A DNA stretch of 64,000 nucleotides from contig OZ241877.1 of NCBI GenBank assembly GCA_965203095.1, forward strand, positions 1,632,001 through 1,696,000, written 5' to 3'. The stretch comes from Bdellovibrionales bacterium (lineage in GTDB: Bacteria > Bdellovibrionota > Bdellovibrionia > Bdellovibrionales > UBA1609). Shown here one piece after another: positions 58,384 through 64,000 of the stretch. The stretch's first letter is position 1. The number at the start of each line of letters is the position of its first letter. Under the pieces are notes generated by a model, which was not told the DNA's origin, searched no databases, and saw nothing but the letters and a program-made list of their open reading frames with translations. A program made the translations under genes and the position numbers.

Positions 58384-61300
58384 ATGTTTAAAAAAATGTT
58401 TTTTTATTTTTTGAAAGGGGAGGCCACCGGCCCTCTTAAGACTCTTTTTTGTAGTTTGGCTTTTTTATCTTCTTGTGCTTTTTGGGAAAGGGAAAAGCCC
58501 ACTCAGTCCACAGTCATAGGAGACATTAAAGAATGTTCCGCGGGAAGTGCCCCCTTTGTGGTCAGTCAGATCACAAAATCTCCTAATGAAAAAGCCATCA
58601 CTGTTATCTCCGGAGCGGATGGCCTTGCAGAAAGCTTTGTTTTAAATTTAAGAACTTGCATGAAAGACTGGATCCGCCAAGACAACCCCATTCAAAACGC
58701 ACCTTTTGTTGTAGAATATTACAGTAGTGTAGAAAATCAAAAAAAAGGACAGGTGGAAAAGGTTAAAGTGGTTTCCGATACTCAAGGATGTATTCAATGG
58801 CAGGAAAGATACAGATACAAATACACAGCTCAGCCGTTTTGGATTGGGCTTGAGAGAAGTATTAAAAAAGAAGAAGGGGCTTATGCTGGAGCAGAGCTTG
58901 TGCCTATGGCAGTCAATCCATGGCTTTCTGAAAAGGATATAGAAAATGGCCTGCCCTTTATTTTAGACACCCGTTGCGAATATTCCCGGAGACATTCTAT
59001 TTTTAACGAACCAAAAAATTATAAGTCTAAAGGCTTAAGCTATCTTGAAAAAGTAAAAAAGAAGGAAAGACCTCTTATATGGGCTCCTATGGTCTCTTTA
59101 CAGATTCGAGAGACCAATCCCAACCAAAATCAACCAAGAGAAAAACCGGGAACCACAAACATTCGTCAGTTTTTAAAAAAATATCAAAAGCCTTGCGAAA
59201 CAGATGCTGATCCTCGTTTTTGCTATAAGAGGCAAGCTCAAATGTCACTTTACATTCCTTTAGAGCTTAGAACTTTAGACATGAGCCAAACCCTGGCCCA
59301 TAAAGAGCTTAGCGGGGGGGAATATGATGTAGAGGCTCATCTGCTGATATCCCCTATGGCCAACGGGAAAAATTATCTTCTTCACGAAGAGATTTGTAAA
59401 AAAGAGGGTATCAACTTGAACCGGACAAATGAATCTTTAAGTTTAGTTTGCCTTATCGATCTCTCTTATTTTAATCAAAATGCTTTGTATAAGTTGGCCA
59501 TTCGTATAAAACCCTCTAAAGGACTGCCCTTTAAAAAATTTGAAGGGGTTTATAGCATTAACCTAAACTTTCAACATGAGAGAAATGATTTTTTTATTGA
59601 AACAGCTCATGATGAAGAATACAGACAAATTTTAAATACGAATCAGGAGCTGAACATTGTAAATAGTATGGAAATTCAAACAGTTCCTAAACCTCTTCGA
59701 AAAACCCACTCATGGTTTTGGTTAACTAAAAAAAGCGATCGGGAAGAAAGAGAGGTGCTCAATATAAATGAAGGTTCTTTCGAAGGGGTGAATTTTTATC
59801 CCCTTCACTTGGATGGCCATGGGGAGTATAAGCTATCTCACATTGGTGGGAGTGCAATTGGTGAGGATGCAAGTTGTGAGGAGCGAAAAAATAAAGAAAA
59901 TGTGGTTAAAAGAACTGTAGTTTTTGTAGGAAAGATTTGCCTCACAGATGTTTTAGACAGCCAAAAGAAATTAAATAATGAGTCTTTTCGTGTCTTTTTA
60001 GAAAGGCCAACAAAGGATATTGAGAAAAACATTAAAAAGGACACTGAAGAGAAAAGTATAGAGGAAATTTATTTTAATGATGAAAAACAATTGTTCCGGG
60101 CCGATGGAAGTGGCTGTATATCCATTCCTATTGAGCTAAGACATAATATTTATGACCGGCAAAGATATTTTCAGGTGGATGTTCATATTTTATCTGAAAG
60201 CTTGAACCTCTATGGGAAGGTGCGATTGGCCCTTAGCCCCTGGCAAAGGGCTTTCCAGGCCTTTCAGGATGCACAAAACTTAGATGAAAACATTATCCGT
60301 TTCAATACCAAAGGGATAGACAAGCCCAAACTCATTATTAATCAGTTCCGAAGTATTAATTTGTTTCCCTCTTATGGCTTAGATAAATTGCTCAATATTC
60401 ATCTTTTTCATAGGATTTATCTTTTGTTTCAGCCCTTTATCCGAAGGCCGGACAACCTGTCCCTTGGCCTCCAGCATAATGCCCGTGAGCTGTTAAGAGA
60501 TGGTCATTACTTAGTGAGAGTTCTTATCCTTCGAAATCCTCAAGAGACAGGTAGCTCTGAATATTTTAGCCGGGTAAAAACCACAGAAAACTTAAACAGT
60601 GCACGAAATAACAGGGTCCGTTCGGGGGATATCCCCTTGGAGGGAGCAAGATACATTACTCATACCGACTCTGTTGTAAAAGCTAAGGCCAATTTTATAA
60701 ACTTTTACATGCCTATTTATTTATCCACAAAACAATTTTATTATATTGCCTCCCGGAATCTTATTGTTATAGAGATTCATCCAGCAGATCCTCACAGATT
60801 CAAATATAATGAAGAGGATAAAAATTGTTTTTTAAACACTGAAAAAACCAAATGGACCCCATTTATTGATCATGAACTGGAAAATTCTCCTTATGTAGGG
60901 GCTTTTAATATTCAAAACTTAGATAACTGGAATCTCCTGCAACCAGCAAAGCATATTGATACCGATCAAATTATAAATCAATCGGAGACAGGGAAAAAAT
61001 ACCGGCATTTTAATTTCTCTACAAATGGACGAGAAGAGAATGGGCGAGAGGAGACACAAAAAACGGCCACATTGCCCAAATCACTTGTGGAAAATACTGG
61101 CTGTGTAAACGAGCTTTATTCAGAAGAACAAGCAGTAGCTGTCCAAAAAGCTTTACTGGATTCTAATGGCTCAGCATCCTCTCTCATTGAGCCTACAAAA
61201 AGTGAAATGGCCTCTTGTGTGGATCTTGCTGAGGGTTCTGCTCTTTCCCCATTAACTGAGGATTATAGAAAAAGGGAGGAAGCCAACCAGCAATTTGATG

Positions 61301-63939
61301 TGCTAAAAAACTTTGCACAAAAAGAGAGTCTTCGTCTTATCACTTTGTCTGAAGGAGATAATGAAGGTGAAAAGTTTTTAAAAGACATCCAATCCTCTTT
61401 TGAGAGTTATCTTTCTCAAGAAGGGGGAGAGTTAGAAGATCTTGAGACTTTAAATGATCTCAGTTTTTTAGAACAGTTCCCTAAAGAAGATCAACAGATT
61501 TTAAAAACTAAAATAGAAAAAATATGCAAGGCTCATTTTGCGGATTTCTTAGGTCTTCAAGATAGAGCTAAGGAGTGCCAAGTATCTATTTTAACAAGTT
61601 ATCTAAAAAATATAAGAGATATATCAGAAGGGAGAGATCCTTTAATTTCTATTTTTAAAATCATTTCAGATAATGAGTTAGTGAGCGAAGATGAGGCTTT
61701 AGAGCAGAGCTTTGAGCTTTGCAAAAGCTCTCAAAGGGAGAGCACAGCATGCCATACAGCCACACGAGAATATGTATCTCAGGCAGTGGAGACAGCTGTT
61801 AAAAGTTTTCACAAGGATCGGTATTTTCTTGGGGTGGCCATTTTAAGTCTTCTTTCTTATGAGGAAAAACAAAAGTTTTTTAAAAATATAAAAAAATGCT
61901 CTAATTATCTTTTTCTATCTTCTGAAGAAGAGGGATATGAAAAATGCTATTATCAAAAACTCACAGAGATTTATGTAAAAAAACCACAACTTCCAAGTAG
62001 TATTGAAGTAGATGAGGATATGTTGAAACACTTTGAGAAAGAAGATCAAAAAGAGGCTCAATACAGAAAACTCATTTACTGCCCTCTTTGTTCAGCAGAT
62101 GGTAATAGCTCCTTAACATCCTACTGGGGAGAAAGACCAGTTAGAGAAAAAAAGGTTTTAAAAGAAATTATAGAAGATCCCATAAATATTTCTGGTTTTA
62201 TTGAGCAGGGAGTAAAAAACAGCAACCGGCTCGATCCGGGAGTTTTGGCTTTTTCTAAAAGCCTGTGCCTGTTTTGGTTTGATTTCTATCTTAAAGACTA
62301 TTTGAAAAAAGAGCAGATGCTCAGTGCTTACACAAAATACATTCAGAATTTTGATTATCTTCAAATTTTAGAAAGTGATTTTGATAACTTCATGTCCTCT
62401 TATGATGAAAAAGGATATATTTTAAATGATTTAATGCAATGGTTGAATGCTGAAGAGGAGGGAGGAGAGGCAACGGAAGAGAAGGATAAGCTTTCTGGCT
62501 GTTATCGCGAATACGCCAGCTGTCTTGTAGCCGATCACTGTTTGCAAAGGGATACTAATAAAAACAAAGAGGAATTTTGCCCTGAAGATCCAGTGGCCTC
62601 TTCCTCTTGCCATCATCTGCTTGAGGAAGAATGCCGGAAGGATAGCTCCTTTAGCCTCTGTAAAGATAAATGCCTCCGCAATCCCTATGGTAAAAATTGT
62701 AATGGGGAAAGCCTTTGTGTTTCAAAAACCAGGGATTTTTGCCTTCTCAATCCCGATCATGAGTTTTGCGAAAAATATGACGGAGCTTGCCTTCAAAACT
62801 ACCTGCCCTGTTTGGAAAACAACAAACATTCCCCCATTTTTAATACAAATAATGTGCTGAATTACAAAAGCGGGAAATCATTTCCTCCACTTAAGACCTG
62901 TCTTGAAAATCCTTATGAGTTTTTTAATTTTGAGAACAAAATGATAGTTCGTGAAATTTCAAAAAATGATCCTCAATGGAAAAGCGGTTTTTTAAGAAAC
63001 TTTTTTGTCTCCAGCAATGCTTCTATTGGATCTTATATGAATTGGACTGCCCAAAGGGGCCGGAGCCTATCTGTTTCCGGAAAAGCAGATATAGGTGCAA
63101 AGTTTGGCTCGATGGGAAGAGGCTCGCGTCCATTGTCTTTTTTCGATGCCGGTTTGAATTTGAGTGGCAGTATGAGCCAGTCAGCCAACTCTAATGAATC
63201 CAATAGTGCCCGGAGGGCTTATGATGCTCGTGTGGGGGAAGGGGTTTATTTGACCGTGGGGGAAGCCAAAATCACATTAGGCGTGACAAAGTTTCAAAAA
63301 TGTCTTGTGATAAAGCCCCGGCCCAATGCCTTTTCGGCTAAACTGAGTGCAGGGGAGCCGGAACTTTATGAGGATATTTGGCATGAAGATCTGGAGCAAA
63401 AAACATTAAAAAAACTAATTGTCTCTCGCCCGGGGCTTATCCTTTGCAATCCCACTCAAAAGCGGGAAAAAAATAACACTGAGAAAATTACCGAATCCTA
63501 TTACTATGTCTCTCAACAGGTAGAGGCCAATAACTCTCAGTTTCTCAATCTTTATGATTTGGCCAATCGCCCCTTTATGTTAATTTTACGGGGCCGAAGG
63601 GAGTTTGTGAAAATGTTTTATCTTTTAAAATTAGCTATAGAAGGGGATAATGGAGAGATCCTGCAAAACAGCGGTTTGAACCAAGCACCAGAAAACATGT
63701 TCATCAACTACCCCTTTCCTATAGAAGAATCATTGGGTTTGAGTTTAATGATGAGGGAGTTTAATGAAACCGGCTTTTCCCCCGGAGTTTATCATTATCC
63801 AGAGGACTCTGATGAGTATATGGATTCCTGGTTTGCAGAAATAGGAAGAAGCCAGATACTTCTGGATCCTTTAACAAATAACAATATATTTTCTGTTCCT
63901 TTAATCCCTGAAAATACTGTGCCTCAGCAAAATCATTGA
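58384..63939 (+). CDS. Giant (1851 aa) hypothetical lipoprotein with a Cys-rich region
   Basis: Uninterrupted ORF; lipobox-like FLSSC; dense Cys cluster ~62500-62820; co-oriented 15 nt after the barrel gene. Confidence 0.8.
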   Translation: MFKKMFFYFLKGEATGPLKTLFCSLAFLSSCAFWEREKPTQSTVIGDIKECSAGSAPFVVSQITKSPNEKAITVISGADGLAESFVLNLRTCMKDWIRQDNPIQNAPFVVEYYSSVENQKKGQVEKVKVVSDTQGCIQWQERYRYKYTAQPFWIGLERSIKKEEGAYAGAELVPMAVNPWLSEKDIENGLPFILDTRCEYSRRHSIFNEPKNYKSKGLSYLEKVKKKERPLIWAPMVSLQIRETNPNQNQPREKPGTTNIRQFLKKYQKPCETDADPRFCYKRQAQMSLYIPLELRTLDMSQTLAHKELSGGEYDVEAHLLISPMANGKNYLLHEEICKKEGINLNRTNESLSLVCLIDLSYFNQNALYKLAIRIKPSKGLPFKKFEGVYSINLNFQHERNDFFIETAHDEEYRQILNTNQELNIVNSMEIQTVPKPLRKTHSWFWLTKKSDREEREVLNINEGSFEGVNFYPLHLDGHGEYKLSHIGGSAIGEDASCEERKNKENVVKRTVVFVGKICLTDVLDSQKKLNNESFRVFLERPTKDIEKNIKKDTEEKSIEEIYFNDEKQLFRADGSGCISIPIELRHNIYDRQRYFQVDVHILSESLNLYGKVRLALSPWQRAFQAFQDAQNLDENIIRFNTKGIDKPKLIINQFRSINLFPSYGLDKLLNIHLFHRIYLLFQPFIRRPDNLSLGLQHNARELLRDGHYLVRVLILRNPQETGSSEYFSRVKTTENLNSARNNRVRSGDIPLEGARYITHTDSVVKAKANFINFYMPIYLSTKQFYYIASRNLIVIEIHPADPHRFKYNEEDKNCFLNTEKTKWTPFIDHELENSPYVGAFNIQNLDNWNLLQPAKHIDTDQIINQSETGKKYRHFNFSTNGREENGREETQKTATLPKSLVENTGCVNELYSEEQAVAVQKALLDSNGSASSLIEPTKSEMASCVDLAEGSALSPLTEDYRKREEANQQFDVLKNFAQKESLRLITLSEGDNEGEKFLKDIQSSFESYLSQEGGELEDLETLNDLSFLEQFPKEDQQILKTKIEKICKAHFADFLGLQDRAKECQVSILTSYLKNIRDISEGRDPLISIFKIISDNELVSEDEALEQSFELCKSSQRESTACHTATREYVSQAVETAVKSFHKDRYFLGVAILSLLSYEEKQKFFKNIKKCSNYLFLSSEEEGYEKCYYQKLTEIYVKKPQLPSSIEVDEDMLKHFEKEDQKEAQYRKLIYCPLCSADGNSSLTSYWGERPVREKKVLKEIIEDPINISGFIEQGVKNSNRLDPGVLAFSKSLCLFWFDFYLKDYLKKEQMLSAYTKYIQNFDYLQILESDFDNFMSSYDEKGYILNDLMQWLNAEEEGGEATEEKDKLSGCYREYASCLVADHCLQRDTNKNKEEFCPEDPVASSSCHHLLEEECRKDSSFSLCKDKCLRNPYGKNCNGESLCVSKTRDFCLLNPDHEFCEKYDGACLQNYLPCLENNKHSPIFNTNNVLNYKSGKSFPPLKTCLENPYEFFNFENKMIVREISKNDPQWKSGFLRNFFVSSNASIGSYMNWTAQRGRSLSVSGKADIGAKFGSMGRGSRPLSFFDAGLNLSGSMSQSANSNESNSARRAYDARVGEGVYLTVGEAKITLGVTKFQKCLVIKPRPNAFSAKLSAGEPELYEDIWHEDLEQKTLKKLIVSRPGLILCNPTQKREKNNTEKITESYYYVSQQVEANNSQFLNLYDLANRPFMLILRGRREFVKMFYLLKLAIEGDNGEILQNSGLNQAPENMFINYPFPIEESLGLSLMMREFNETGFSPGVYHYPEDSDEYMDSWFAEIGRSQILLDPLTNNNIFSVPLIPENTVPQQNH

Positions 63940-64000
63940 TAGAGGGGGAATTGAGAGCAAAGCTCTCTCACCTCTTGGCGAATTTTATAAATAAGCGATT

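Overview
AT-rich bacterial chromosomal segment. Gene content (alternative complex III, type-2 ValRS, giant Cys-rich lipoprotein, expanded ankyrin and pentapeptide secreted proteins) suggests a Bdellovibrionota/Oligoflexia-like lineage, possibly host-associated; this is inference. Housekeeping genes (trmD, rplS, lnt, rpsL/G, dapD, tyrS, cysS, valS, sufBCD, polA, clpB, bioD, prpB, lgt, tRNA-Gly) are interleaved with defence and accessory loci. These include a NYN nuclease behind a promoter-hairpin-U-tract leader, an SDH/ClpP-fold protease pair, an IS630-truncated type IIG-like R-M gene, a PabI-family restriction glycosylase/MTase pair coupled inside the ACIII operon, an Rpn gene with an internal RpnS start, and an AAA+/DUF4143 ATPase behind a palindromic tandem array. 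The most striking unannotated structures are: (1) a dispersed family of TIR-bounded elements whose hairpin stems co-vary around an invariant 27-nt loop; (2) a cassette-like array of secreted-protein genes with shared promoter/signal-peptide and 3' boundaries but swapped middles; (3) apparent near-total absence of GTAC, ACGT and GCGC in 64 kb. All sequence comparisons were made by eye.
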